From positions 37,411-101,410 of the forward strand of contig JBNKCR010000148.1 of the NCBI GenBank assembly GCA_050287845.1: a DNA stretch of 64,000 bases. Direction: 5' to 3'. Every line of letters starts with the position of its first letter. Within the stretch, counting starts at the first letter, position 1. Under the pieces are notes generated by a model that worked only from the letters and a program-made list of their open reading frames with translations, was not told where the DNA came from and ran no database searches. The position numbers and the translations under genes are program-made. Shown in pieces: positions 1 to 9,928 of this stretch. This DNA comes from Polyangia bacterium. Lineage in GTDB: Bacteria; Myxococcota_A; Polyangia; JAAYKL01.

Positions 1-29
1 AAACGATTGATTTTGTCACTCCGGAAGGC

Positions 30-767
30 GTGACAGAAGGTAGCGGAGTACTGGAGGTAAAAAGAATAGAGCTTCACGGAAAATGGATTTCCGGGGAGAC
101 ATTTTTCAAAATTGCGCTCGTTTTTTGGATGATTGTGTTCGGTTTATACGCTGTAGGTCAAACCCTTCAATTGCACTCTGTACGTTACGAGAAAAAGAAG
201 CGGGAAAAAGAGCTACTGAAAATGAACGAAGCGTTGGCCCTTCAAGCCGATGAATTAAAAGAAAAAGCGGAACAGGATCCCCTCACGGGATTGCTTAACC
301 GTTTCGGAATGCGGACCCACTTGCTTGATTTGGTAAAAAATGCCCGGCACAACAAAAGTGAGGTTACCGCCGTGTTTGTTGACATTGACAATTTCAAGCG
401 GATTAACGATACCCTGGGACATCAGGAAGGAGACCGTGTCTTGAAATTCGTTGCAACTCTCTTCTCAAACAACAAACGGGACAGTGATCTTCTCGCCCGC
501 TGGGGTGGCGAGGAATTTCTTTTCTTCTGCGCTTCCACTGAAGAAGAAGAGGGATATCTGTTCGCCGAGAAACTTCGGAAACAATTGGTGGAAAGTGCTG
601 AAAATGTCACTTGCAGCTTTGGGGTGGCTGCATTGTCTGGCGGATCTGTTAAAGGCTTAATCGGTCGCGCAGACAGAGCGTTGTACGAGGCAAAAAACTC
701 GGGAAGAAACTGCGTATCTGTATCGAAAGAACCTGCGGACAAGCAAAATATGCCATATATACGCTGA
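30..767 (+). CDS. GGDEF-domain diguanylate cyclase, membrane-anchored (possibly 5'-truncated by the window edge)
   Basis: Translation contains DPLTGLLNR, DIDNFKRINDTLGH and RWGGEEFLFF (GGEEF active site). One TM helix (FFKIALVFWMIVFGLYAV) is followed by a coiled coil. The frame has no stop back to nt 3, so the real start may lie upstream of the window. GTG at 30 is only the first start codon. Confidence 0.85.
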   Translation: MTEGSGVLEVKRIELHGKWISGETFFKIALVFWMIVFGLYAVGQTLQLHSVRYEKKKREKELLKMNEALALQADELKEKAEQDPLTGLLNRFGMRTHLLDLVKNARHNKSEVTAVFVDIDNFKRINDTLGHQEGDRVLKFVATLFSNNKRDSDLLARWGGEEFLFFCASTEEEEGYLFAEKLRKQLVESAENVTCSFGVAALSGGSVKGLIGRADRALYEAKNSGRNCVSVSKEPADKQNMPYIR

Positions 768-1109
768 TGTTGCAAAAAGCCAATGACTGAAACCGCTGTC
801 ACTCGCACAATGGCACACCACCTACCCAACTTCAAAACTCTCGGAGTGATTTTTTCTCAGGGCGTTCGTATAAATCGACAAGGGGGATTTCGACACGTCC
901 TGCGAAAGGTCCATTCCGTGCTTCTGAAAATGTGATGGATCTTCAGGGCTGTCGTCTCGTTTGAATAGCTTCAGACATTGGAGATAATTGGTCATTTCCT
1001 GGCAATCAATAGTCTCAGAGGGTCATTCAGCCATAATATCGACCGTGAATGATTGTTACGCTGTATAAATAGTATATGTCTTGTTCCTGTTGAAAAGGAT
1101 AATGTGACG

Positions 1110-1769
1110 ATGAAATATGAGTGCCTTAAAATTCTGCGACTGATTCTGGGGATTTCTGTGTTGGGAGGATGCCAGCGAAGCAGTGCGGTAGACAGCCCGG
1201 ATACCGCATCCACTGTTCAGGAGGAAACTGCGAACGACAGTGCGAGTGAAACAGAGAGTGATTTAACCGCCGATTCACAGACGGGTTCTTGGGTTGACTC
1301 GGATTCCGGCGACAGTGAGGTTGCGGATTCCATTCTGGGTTCATGGGTGGTGCGAACGATGTTTCTCGACGGTCAGGAAATACCTGTCGATGATCAGTAT
1401 GCCTTTTCCTTTGACGAAGGCGATGAGACCGTTGCCATGAATGTCATTATTTTCGTAGAGTCATCTTTTTCAGATGAAATAGAGATTGACGGGTTGTGCA
1501 GCGCTTATCCCTGTTTTGGCAGTTGCACATTGCAGGGAGTGAACCGGATAGATTTGGAATTCGCTTACCATCCACTTTCCTCGGTGGTGGTACCACCGGA
1601 AAGCTGTCCGGACGCCTGTCATCAGTGGATTGGAGATTATGTGACCATTGCGAATTCTGCCACCGGATATCAAATCAATGATGATCAGTTGATTCTGTTC
1701 AATGAGAGTCACGAAAACGAAATTTATTTCCGGCGTTCAACCATCACTGTCGAGGATTTGCCGTATTGA
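1110..1769 (+). CDS. putative lipoprotein, function unknown (weak META/HslJ-like resemblance)
   Basis: Signal peptide with lipobox ISVLGG-C, then an acidic S/D/T-rich linker and a ~130-aa globular part (ILGSWVVRTMFLDGQEIP...). ATG 1110 is preceded by AAGGA. The ORF-track start at 1053 lacks an RBS. Confidence 0.55.
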   Translation: MKYECLKILRLILGISVLGGCQRSSAVDSPDTASTVQEETANDSASETESDLTADSQTGSWVDSDSGDSEVADSILGSWVVRTMFLDGQEIPVDDQYAFSFDEGDETVAMNVIIFVESSFSDEIEIDGLCSAYPCFGSCTLQGVNRIDLEFAYHPLSSVVVPPESCPDACHQWIGDYVTIANSATGYQINDDQLILFNESHENEIYFRRSTITVEDLPY

Positions 1770-2002
1770 CGCGGCCTGTTTTATCTGAATTTTCGTCGAC
1801 CTCTTGTGCGTCGACCAACGGATTCCTTCGAAGGGGCAAAAAAGCGACCGCTGTTGGAATTTGAGTGCTGCAGTGCGCTTCGGTCGAGAGTGACTTCGAT
1901 TGATAGTGACTTCGGTTGAAAGTGGCTGGTTCGCTCTTGGAAATTCTGATATCTTTCCAGTGTTCAATCTCATCAAAGTCTGCGCGGCGAAAGGGGGACA
2001 CC

Positions 2003-3787
2003 ATGCTCAAAGAAATCACGACGGAATGTCCGAAATGCGGGGAGGATACCATCCTGGCGATTGCCACCCCGGATCCGGGAAACAAAGACGAGCAAAGGGG
2101 TTCTTCTACGGTTTGTCGCGTCTGTGGTGCGCGAATTCTGGCAGTGACGTTGCCCGATGGCAATGTTTCGTTCCAGTACGTGGACATTGGAAAAGAGGCG
2201 CCTGAGCTGGTTGAAATTGACCGCAATTTGAACGACGTATTTCAACTGGCAGATATTGTGCGTATTCCTTTTGCCCTCTGGCAGCCGAAACGTGATAAGA
2301 TAAATCCGTTTGAAATTCGTCCCGAATGGAAACAGGCACTTGAGTTGGCTCTGGCATCGGCGCAGTCGCAACCTCGGCCACTGAGTGTGCCCCGCCGTAT
2401 TTTTATTTCGTACCGCTGGGCAAACGACGCCGATGATAAATGGGTAGCAAATCTTCATGAAGAGCTGACAGCCCGAGGCAATCAAGTTGTGTTTGACCGG
2501 CTGGCGAGCAGGGAGCCCACCCCCCCCTCCGTTCCTGAACTCGTGTCGCGGATTGCCGGATGCCACGTGTTTCTGGCCGTGATTGATCCGGGCTACATTC
2601 AACGGGTGTGCAGCAGAGAGACGGGTTCATTTGAAGAAGGATGGGTTACGGATGAGTTTCATACCGCATTGGCATTCGCCGAACGGGGGATGACCCTGTT
2701 ACTGGGGCTGTTACGTCAAGGTGAACATCTCCCCGAGGGGTTTCGGATGTTTGCGCCCGGCGAGGCCGGCAACACATTTGACGTTCGTGATACAAGCGAA
2801 TTGCTCTCGGTGCTCGATCGCTACTTTGTGCAGTTTGGTTCTTCTCCCGATGGCGATGCTTCTGTCCAGGCCGCCACGGCGCTCCATCAGTCGAGCCGGT
2901 CGATGCGTCAGGGAGATGTGCAGTCCGCTCTGGATGAGGTGTCGGCTGCCTGTGAGCTAATACCTGAGCTGCCAGATGGTTTTGCACAGCGTGTAAGAAT
3001 TTTGTACCGCACCGGTCAGCCTTATGCCGCATTGTCTGATGCCAAAAGGGCGTTGGAAATAGATCCAACGCTGGATGAAATGCTCATTTTTGCAGCCGCT
3101 TCGGCAGCAGACCTGCAACGCTGGCAGGAAGCCGCATCATTCGCGCGTCTCGCGGTGGAGCGAAATCGCTTTCAGGCCAACGCGCATTTTTTGCTGGGTC
3201 AGGCATTGGATGCGCAGGATCAGGTTCAGGCGGCACTGTGTCATTTTATGCTGGCGCGTCGGGCGGGATTGCGTTTGCCCAACCTGTACAACGTTGGGGG
3301 AACAGCGTGGCGGCGCAGTGGCGCGCCGTTGCAAGCGCTGGACTGGTATCGCGCCGGTTTGAAAATGTCGCCCCATGCTGCTCCGTTGCTCGTAAACGCC
3401 ACAGCCGGTGCGATGGAAGCGGGGCTCCCCACAGAGGCATACCATTTTTTACAGGAACTTCTCACGTACCACCCGTCGCGACCTGAAGTGGAGGCCCTTG
3501 CAGGCATACTGGCCCAATGGTGTTCGCAGGACGGCCCGCTGCCGGTACTCAGCCGACAAGTGCCTCTTCCCGAATCGTCGGTAACAGTCGATTGTTCCGC
3601 ATGCGATACCCATCTGGTACTTCATAACGGAGATAGCATGCTGTGTTCCGGGTGCGGAACGGTGCTGGATTCGTCGATGCAGCAGTGCAAATACTGCGGA
3701 TGTGCGGGCAAGGTGTTGCCAACTGTTGCACTGATGCGTTGCCCCATTTGCGCCAGGGGGGAACTGTCCGTGAAATACAAAAATTGA
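2003..3787 (+). CDS. Zn-ribbon / TIR-like / TPR-repeat / double Zn-ribbon multidomain protein
   Basis: - ATG 2003 follows AGGGGGA.
- N-terminal CPKCG...CRVCG zinc ribbon.
- TIR-like block RRIFISYRWANDADDKWVANLHEEL...CHVFLAVIDPGY...GWVTDEFHTAL.
- About five TPR-like repeats (ALSDAKRALEIDP, ALDWYRAGLKMSP, AYHFLQELLTYHP).
- C-terminal CSACD/CSGCG/CKYCG/CPICA CxxC pairs. Confidence 0.7.
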   Translation: MLKEITTECPKCGEDTILAIATPDPGNKDEQRGSSTVCRVCGARILAVTLPDGNVSFQYVDIGKEAPELVEIDRNLNDVFQLADIVRIPFALWQPKRDKINPFEIRPEWKQALELALASAQSQPRPLSVPRRIFISYRWANDADDKWVANLHEELTARGNQVVFDRLASREPTPPSVPELVSRIAGCHVFLAVIDPGYIQRVCSRETGSFEEGWVTDEFHTALAFAERGMTLLLGLLRQGEHLPEGFRMFAPGEAGNTFDVRDTSELLSVLDRYFVQFGSSPDGDASVQAATALHQSSRSMRQGDVQSALDEVSAACELIPELPDGFAQRVRILYRTGQPYAALSDAKRALEIDPTLDEMLIFAAASAADLQRWQEAASFARLAVERNRFQANAHFLLGQALDAQDQVQAALCHFMLARRAGLRLPNLYNVGGTAWRRSGAPLQALDWYRAGLKMSPHAAPLLVNATAGAMEAGLPTEAYHFLQELLTYHPSRPEVEALAGILAQWCSQDGPLPVLSRQVPLPESSVTVDCSACDTHLVLHNGDSMLCSGCGTVLDSSMQQCKYCGCAGKVLPTVALMRCPICARGELSVKYKN

Positions 3788-4005
3788 GGGCAACTATTCT
3801 ACTTAAATTGAACCTTTCGATCTTTTGTTTTTGCCCCTTTGGAGCGGCGTGTACAAAATATCCTTTTGAGACAAAGGCGGGTTAAAACGGAACTGCAAGA
3901 ATGCGGGCATAAAGCCATCTACATCCGTTGCCTGCCAGCACAGTAAGCAGAAAACTCGGGATACATCAGGTTGCTATTCCCACTCGATAAGTGGTCCGTA
4001 TTCCG

Positions 4006-7000
4006 TCAGTATGCGTCGGCTCGCCGGGGGGCGTCCACTCTGGGGGCAAACATCAGGTAGAGGGATGGCAGCACAAAGAGGGTGAGGAGGGTGGCAGTGA
4101 TGAGGCCGCCGATGACCACCACGGCCAGGGGGCGTTGCACTTCGGCGCCGGGACCCACGGCATATACCATGGGGAGCAGGCCCAGCACCGTGGTGGATGC
4201 CGTCATCAGCAGGGCGGTGAACCGCAGACCGCAGGCCTCCACAATGGCATCGCGGGTGGATTCTCCGTTGGCCCGCAGTTCATTGATGAACGTTACCAGC
4301 ACGGTGCCATTCTGCACCGCCACGCCGAACAGGGCGATGAATCCCACGGTGGAAGGCACATTCAGATTGATGTCCAGGATAAACATGGACAGAATGCCGC
4401 CCACCAGGGCAAAGGGCAGATTCACCAGCACAAGGGTGGCGGATTTCATCGAACCCAGCGCCGAGATGAGCATCAGAAAAATCACCAGCACCGATATGGG
4501 CACCACGATGCTCAACCGCTTCATGGCCCGCTGCTGGCTTTCAAATGTGCCGCCATATTCCAGCCAGTATCCGGGCGGCAGTTTGTCGGTAATACTTTTA
4601 AGCATCCCTCTGGCGTCCGTTACAAATCCCCCCAGATCCCGTCCCCGGATGTTGGCTTCCACCACCACCCGGCGCATGCTGTTTTCGCGACTGATTTGCG
4701 CGGGTCCTTCGCTGCGTTCGATGTGGGCAATCCGGCCCAGGGGTACCCTGGCGCCGCTTTCGGTGAGCAACAGCAGCTTTTCGATGGCATCAATGCTGTT
4801 TCGATTTTCCCTGGGAAAGCGCACTTTGATGCCAAAGCGTTTCTGGCCTTCCACCAGCTCCGTGGCCACTTTGCCGCCTATGGCGGTTTCCACCAGTTCA
4901 TTCAGGTCGGACATTTTCAATTTGTAGCGGGCCATCTGCCGCCGGTCGGGAATGATTTCCAGCTGACTGAATCCCGCCACCTGTTCCACACTCACGTCTT
5001 CGGCGCCGTCAATGCCGCGAAGAGTGGTGGCAATATTGTCGGCGGTTTTTTTGAGCAGTTCAATATCCTCTCCAAACAGTTTCACCGCCAAATCGCTTTT
5101 CACCCCCGAAATCAGTTCATTCACTCTGAGGGCAATGGGTTGACTGAACGCCAGTCGAATTCCGGGAATCTTTCCCAGCTCCTTCTGAATGGCAGCCACC
5201 AGCTGGGGCTTTGACCGACCGGTGGTCCATTCGGTTTCGGGGTGCAGCATAATCAGCAGGTCCGTCTGTTCCGGCCCCATCGGATCTTCCGAAATTTCAG
5301 CCCGTCCGGTTTTGGACACCACATGTTTCACTTCGGGAAAGGTCAGCAATTTCTTCTCCATATACCCGGCGGTGCGGATGCTGCCATCCAGCGAGGCATT
5401 GGGCAGGCGCACCACGTTGATGGCAATGGCGCCTTCGTCCAGTTCGGGAAGAAACTCCGTGCCCAGCAACCGCACGGTGGATATCGCAGCCACGAAGAAA
5501 ATTAGCACCAGGGCAAGCAGTACTTTGCGATGATTCAGCGCATTCCTGAGCAGCGTGAGATACCCGCGGCGCATCAGGGTGACAAACCGGAGTTCTGACA
5601 TGTTCTGCCCGGATTTCATGAGGTATGAGAGGATCACCGGAATGATGGTCAGGGCGGCAATGAGGGAGCCGAGCATGGCCAGAATCATCGTGAGGGCCAG
5701 CGGTTTGAACATTTTGCCCTCCATGCCCTCCAGGGTGAACAGGGGCACGAACACCAGGACGATAATGAGAATGGAAAACACAATGGGGCGGGCCACCTGA
5801 CGCACCGCATGCAGAATGGTCTGCCGTTTGTCGTCCCCGGGATTCTCCCGCAGTTTGCGGGTCACATTTTCGGTAACCACGATGGCGCCATCCACCACCA
5901 TGCCGATGGCAATGGCCAGGCCGCCGAGGGTCATCAGGTTTGCGGTCAACTGCCCGATATCCATGAAGATGAATGCCAGAAGCGCAGTGATAGGCAGACT
6001 GAGAGCTGCCGTAATGGCGCTGCGCAGATTTCCGATGAGCAAAAAGAGCACGATGACCACGAGCACGCCGCCCTGCATCAGGGCGTTGGCCACGGTGGAT
6101 ACCACAGCAAAAACCAGTTCGGTCCTGTCGTAGAATGGCTCCAGAGTGACGCCATCGGGAAGCATCTGTTCGATGACGGGCAGGTTCTTCTTCACCCGCT
6201 CCACCACATCCCGTGAATTTTCGCCCTTGAGCATGATGACCATGCCGGCCACCACTTCTCCGTTGCCGTTTTCGGTGACGCCGCCCATGCGGGTCATGTG
6301 ACTTTCCACCACGTCGGCAATGTCGTGAATGGTGATGGGCGTGCCATCCTCGGCATTCAGTACAATATTTTCGATATCCGAAATCGAACCCACCAGTCCC
6401 ACGTTGCGAATGTTCTCCTGTTCCCAGTCCTGGATAATGAATGAACCGCCGGCGTTGGCATTGTTTTCCTCCAGCGCCGACACCACATCCGAGAGTGTCA
6501 TCCGGTATTTCAACAGACGATCGGGATCGACGCGCACTTCAATCTGTCGCACCTTTCCGCCAAAGCTGTTGACTTCGTTGACGCCGGAGATGGTTCGTAA
6601 CCTGGGCGCCACAATCCAGTCCTGAATGGTTCGCAGTTCCGACAGCGAGTGTTTTTTGCTCTTCAGGGTGTATTGGAACACTTCCCCGAGGCCGGTGCTG
6701 ATGGGCCCCATTTCCGGTTCCACTCCCGGCGGCAGCTGTTCCTTTGCCAATTGCAGCCGTTCAAACACCAACTGACGCGCAAAATAGGTGTCCACATGAT
6801 CTTCAAAAACCACCACCACCTGGGACAGCGCCGACTTCGAAGTGGATCGCACCATCCGCAGATGGGGCAGGCCGCCCATCACGGTTTCAATGGGGAAGGT
6901 CAGTTGCTGTTCCACGTCGAGAGGGCCCAGCCCCGCGGCTTCGGTGAGAATCATCACCTGCTGATTGGAGGCGTCGGGGAATGCATCGATGGGCAGTCGG

Positions 7001-7083
7001 CTCCACGAAATCAGGCCAACCGCCGTTATCAGCGCTGTGGCGATGAGCACCATGAGCCTGTTTTTTAAAATGAATTGAATCAT
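4006..7083 (-). CDS. heavy-metal efflux RND transporter, CusA/CzcA (HME) family
   Basis: 1025 aa with 12-TM RND architecture. HME-type TM4 signature AIGMVVDGAIVVTEN and typical N-terminus MIQFILKNRLMVLIATALI. Last gene of a three-gene efflux operon. Metal specificity is not resolvable by eye. Confidence 0.93.
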   Translation of the reverse strand: MIQFILKNRLMVLIATALITAVGLISWSRLPIDAFPDASNQQVMILTEAAGLGPLDVEQQLTFPIETVMGGLPHLRMVRSTSKSALSQVVVVFEDHVDTYFARQLVFERLQLAKEQLPPGVEPEMGPISTGLGEVFQYTLKSKKHSLSELRTIQDWIVAPRLRTISGVNEVNSFGGKVRQIEVRVDPDRLLKYRMTLSDVVSALEENNANAGGSFIIQDWEQENIRNVGLVGSISDIENIVLNAEDGTPITIHDIADVVESHMTRMGGVTENGNGEVVAGMVIMLKGENSRDVVERVKKNLPVIEQMLPDGVTLEPFYDRTELVFAVVSTVANALMQGGVLVVIVLFLLIGNLRSAITAALSLPITALLAFIFMDIGQLTANLMTLGGLAIAIGMVVDGAIVVTENVTRKLRENPGDDKRQTILHAVRQVARPIVFSILIIVLVFVPLFTLEGMEGKMFKPLALTMILAMLGSLIAALTIIPVILSYLMKSGQNMSELRFVTLMRRGYLTLLRNALNHRKVLLALVLIFFVAAISTVRLLGTEFLPELDEGAIAINVVRLPNASLDGSIRTAGYMEKKLLTFPEVKHVVSKTGRAEISEDPMGPEQTDLLIMLHPETEWTTGRSKPQLVAAIQKELGKIPGIRLAFSQPIALRVNELISGVKSDLAVKLFGEDIELLKKTADNIATTLRGIDGAEDVSVEQVAGFSQLEIIPDRRQMARYKLKMSDLNELVETAIGGKVATELVEGQKRFGIKVRFPRENRNSIDAIEKLLLLTESGARVPLGRIAHIERSEGPAQISRENSMRRVVVEANIRGRDLGGFVTDARGMLKSITDKLPPGYWLEYGGTFESQQRAMKRLSIVVPISVLVIFLMLISALGSMKSATLVLVNLPFALVGGILSMFILDINLNVPSTVGFIALFGVAVQNGTVLVTFINELRANGESTRDAIVEACGLRFTALLMTASTTVLGLLPMVYAVGPGAEVQRPLAVVVIGGLITATLLTLFVLPSLYLMFAPRVDAPRRADAY

Positions 7084-7113
7084 GAAAATCTCCCGGTATT
7101 GGTGGGGCGTGTA

Positions 7114-8508
7114 TCAGTGGGCACAGCCGGCCCCCATTTTGGACCGCAGCACATCGGACTTGAGAAGAAAGGCCCCATTTGCCACCACCTTCTGGGAGTC
7201 ATTCACGCCGCTCAGTATTTCCACCTCATCACCGAAACGCCGACCGGTCTGCACCGGACGTCTGACGTAATAGTCGTCCTGGTGGTGCACAAACACGAAC
7301 GTGCGTCCCTCATCAAGGAGAACGGCACTGCCGGGGAGAATGGTGGCCTGTTCGTTTCCCGGCAGGAAGATGTCCACATCGGCAAACATGCCCGAGAGCA
7401 GTACGCCACCGGGGTTGGGCAGTACCACCCGTACCTTCACGGTCCGCGACACCTCATTCATTGATGGACTGATATAGTCCACCTTGCCCGCAAAATGCCG
7501 GTCCGGAAACGCCCGCACCCGAACCTCTGCATCCAGGGAACCGGCGGCATATGCGCCTGCGACTCTGGCATAGTCATTTTCGTACAAATCGGCCCATACC
7601 CACAGGGAGGAATTCTGACCAATGGTGACCAGGGTTTCGTCGGCTTTCACCACCTCGCCCACAACCGCGTGCATGTTCAACACCGTGCCATCCTTTCCGG
7701 CGCGCAAGGTGAGCTTTCCGGAAGAACCGCCCGGATTCACCCCCTGTTTCGAGGATCCCGTCATACCCAGTCGCTGGAGCATACCTCTGGCGGCGGTGAC
7801 CCGGATTCGGGCAGCCTCCAGTTCCTGCTCTGCCTGCAGCAATTCCTTCTGGGAAGCGATGCCCTCGGTTTTCAGTCTGGACACGCGATCGAAACTCTGT
7901 TCGGCCAGGTTTCTGGTGGCCTGGGCTTCCTGATACACGGCCTTGGCATTGCCCACTTCCATCGATTCAATTTCCACCAGTGGCTGTCCTTCGGTGACAG
8001 CATCGCCGAGGGTCACATGGACCTTGCGGATTACACCGCCCACCTGGGTGCTCACATGGGCCACCTGACGATCGTCAAACTGTATTTCACCGGTAAGGCG
8101 AAGGGGAATGGCGACGGCCTTGCGCAGAGGGCGAATCACTTTCATCAGCCCTTCTTTGAGCAATTCCGCATTCACCTTTGCCACGCCCACTTCGTATCGA
8201 CACTCGTCACACTCGTATGTCCGGATGTTATGCTCACACATCCTGCTGAACAGCTCGTCCACGGACTGTTCCAGGTCTTCGCCACTTTCATGCCCATGCC
8301 CCTCATGGTGATCCCCATGTCCGGCGCTCTTTCCGGCGTGGGTTTCATCATGTTCGGCACTGTGCGGTTCCTGTTCGAGATCCCGGCCTGCGCCATGGGC
8401 GTCCGCATCGTGCTGTCGCGAGCCATTCTGACCGCAGGCAATCAAAAGAATGGTCGCTGCCGCCAATGTAACTTTGTATTTGAATTTATTTCTGAATTTT
8501 AACATCAT
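7114..8508 (-). CDS. efflux RND periplasmic adaptor (membrane-fusion protein) with His-rich N-terminal extension
   Basis: Lipoprotein-like leader (LLIACGQ). His/Asp/Glu-rich tract HDADAHGAG...HSAEHDETHAGKSAGHGDHHEGHGHESGED plus a CEH...CDEC motif. Then a biotinyl-lipoyl/beta-barrel MFP core (GEIQFDDRQVAHVSTQVGGVIRKVHVTLGDAVTEGQPLVEIES). Lies between the OMF and RND genes. Confidence 0.9.
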   Translation of the reverse strand: MMLKFRNKFKYKVTLAAATILLIACGQNGSRQHDADAHGAGRDLEQEPHSAEHDETHAGKSAGHGDHHEGHGHESGEDLEQSVDELFSRMCEHNIRTYECDECRYEVGVAKVNAELLKEGLMKVIRPLRKAVAIPLRLTGEIQFDDRQVAHVSTQVGGVIRKVHVTLGDAVTEGQPLVEIESMEVGNAKAVYQEAQATRNLAEQSFDRVSRLKTEGIASQKELLQAEQELEAARIRVTAARGMLQRLGMTGSSKQGVNPGGSSGKLTLRAGKDGTVLNMHAVVGEVVKADETLVTIGQNSSLWVWADLYENDYARVAGAYAAGSLDAEVRVRAFPDRHFAGKVDYISPSMNEVSRTVKVRVVLPNPGGVLLSGMFADVDIFLPGNEQATILPGSAVLLDEGRTFVFVHHQDDYYVRRPVQTGRRFGDEVEILSGVNDSQKVVANGAFLLKSDVLRSKMGAGCAH

Positions 8509-8517
8509 GTCGTTTCC

Positions 8518-9789
8518 TTACAGTTTTTTTCCAGCCGCAGCACTGAACCAGCTGCAGGTCTGCTGCGCGCTTTCCAGGGCATCCACCAGTTGCAACTGAA
8601 CTTCGATTCGCATGCGCGTCGCGCTGATGGCCTCAAACAGCGTGGCTTCTCCCAACTCATATGTTCGTCGGATAGTATTGGCCGCGGTTTCGGCATCGGG
8701 CAGAATCACATCCTGATATTTCGCAGCCACCTTTCGGGCCGCCGAGCACGACGTCCGATACTCGAGCAGGGTGGCATGCAGTTCGCGTTTCACTGTTTCA
8801 AGAGATGCCTGCTTCGATTTGTACCGGTTGTACGCGGCCTCAATATTGCCCCGGTTTCGATTCACGAGGGGCAGAGATATGGAAACCCCCACACCCACTG
8901 CCCGGCGATCGAGTTCGCTGTCAAAAAAGGGCGAAATGGCGATGTCGGGAATTTTTTCTTTTTCTTCCTGAGTGGCGGATGCCGCTGCCCCGGTGACTTC
9001 GGCTTCTGCCACGCGATATACGGGATGCTGTACGATGGTGTTTTCGATATGCCGGTTATCCAATGACGGCACAGCGGGAAGCGCCGCAATATCACCTTCG
9101 GCCACAATCACGGCACCCGGTTTGCCGGCGAGCCACACGCCGAGTCGGTCTCTGCTGATTTGCAGTGCGGCCCTGGCCAACACCAGGTCCGCAGAAATTT
9201 TTTCTGCCTCCACCCGCATCTGCACCGCTTCCACAGTGCGCGATTCGCCGTTTTGCACACGGGATGCCACCATCTCTGACAGGCGTCCGGTCTCCAGGGC
9301 CAGGGTTTCGAACACCCGTACCCGCTCCTGATTGAACAACAGCTCCAGAAATAGCACCCGCAGTTCCAGAACAATATCCCGTTGCAGGGCAATTTTTTCC
9401 TGTTCAACTGTTTTTACCTCGGCCATCGCTGCGTCGCGTCGGGCACTTCGCCTGGCAATCCAATCAAGCGGGATGGAAAGGGAGACGCCCCATTCCACCT
9501 GTCTCCCGTCTCCATCCCGGGCCATGCCATATCCCATCGTTCCTTCCAGTTCGGGATTTTCGCCGGTCTTTGCGGCGAGAACCATGCTGTTGGCCGCATC
9601 GATGTTGTGGGTGGCGCCCTTCAGTGCGGGATGCAGCGCTACCAGCTTTTTCACCGCTTTCCAGTTCAGTTTCAGCTCCTGCTGATTGTCATCTCTGCTC
9701 CACGAAACGTGGGGTCGGGCGGTCATCGACATGCACGCCAGCAGGCATGTTACACGGAGTATCAACCCGTTGGGTTGTATCAGATTCAT
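8518..9789 (-). CDS. TolC-family outer-membrane efflux protein (CzcC-like)
   Basis: 423 aa with a signal peptide and two repeated coiled-coil/beta halves typical of OEP proteins. First gene of the OMF-MFP-RND operon, with a 9-nt gap to the MFP gene. Confidence 0.85.
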   Translation of the reverse strand: MNLIQPNGLILRVTCLLACMSMTARPHVSWSRDDNQQELKLNWKAVKKLVALHPALKGATHNIDAANSMVLAAKTGENPELEGTMGYGMARDGDGRQVEWGVSLSIPLDWIARRSARRDAAMAEVKTVEQEKIALQRDIVLELRVLFLELLFNQERVRVFETLALETGRLSEMVASRVQNGESRTVEAVQMRVEAEKISADLVLARAALQISRDRLGVWLAGKPGAVIVAEGDIAALPAVPSLDNRHIENTIVQHPVYRVAEAEVTGAAASATQEEKEKIPDIAISPFFDSELDRRAVGVGVSISLPLVNRNRGNIEAAYNRYKSKQASLETVKRELHATLLEYRTSCSAARKVAAKYQDVILPDAETAANTIRRTYELGEATLFEAISATRMRIEVQLQLVDALESAQQTCSWFSAAAGKKL

Positions 9790-9928
9790 GGGTCAATCCT
9801 TGTTCAGGCGCCTGCACCTGTTGTAGCAGGTCGCCGTGGGGGTTCGCTTTTGTGCAGTATGAGAACGGATCGTTTTCGCTGCGCCATGCAGCCTCCAGAG
9901 CCGTTCACTGCCGTTCTGTTCAGAGACG

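Noticed and set aside
3991-5214. Long antisense ORFs opposite real genes: 3991-5214, 7495-8502, 19528-20667, 22278-23522, 26364-27281, 27997-29142, 30440-31495, 54692-55567, 55958-56926
   Set aside because: Each lies antisense to a gene with clear family motifs. Each has skewed low-complexity composition (His/Gly/Arg/Gln-rich), and none has an RBS or recognisable domains. These are typical shadow ORFs.
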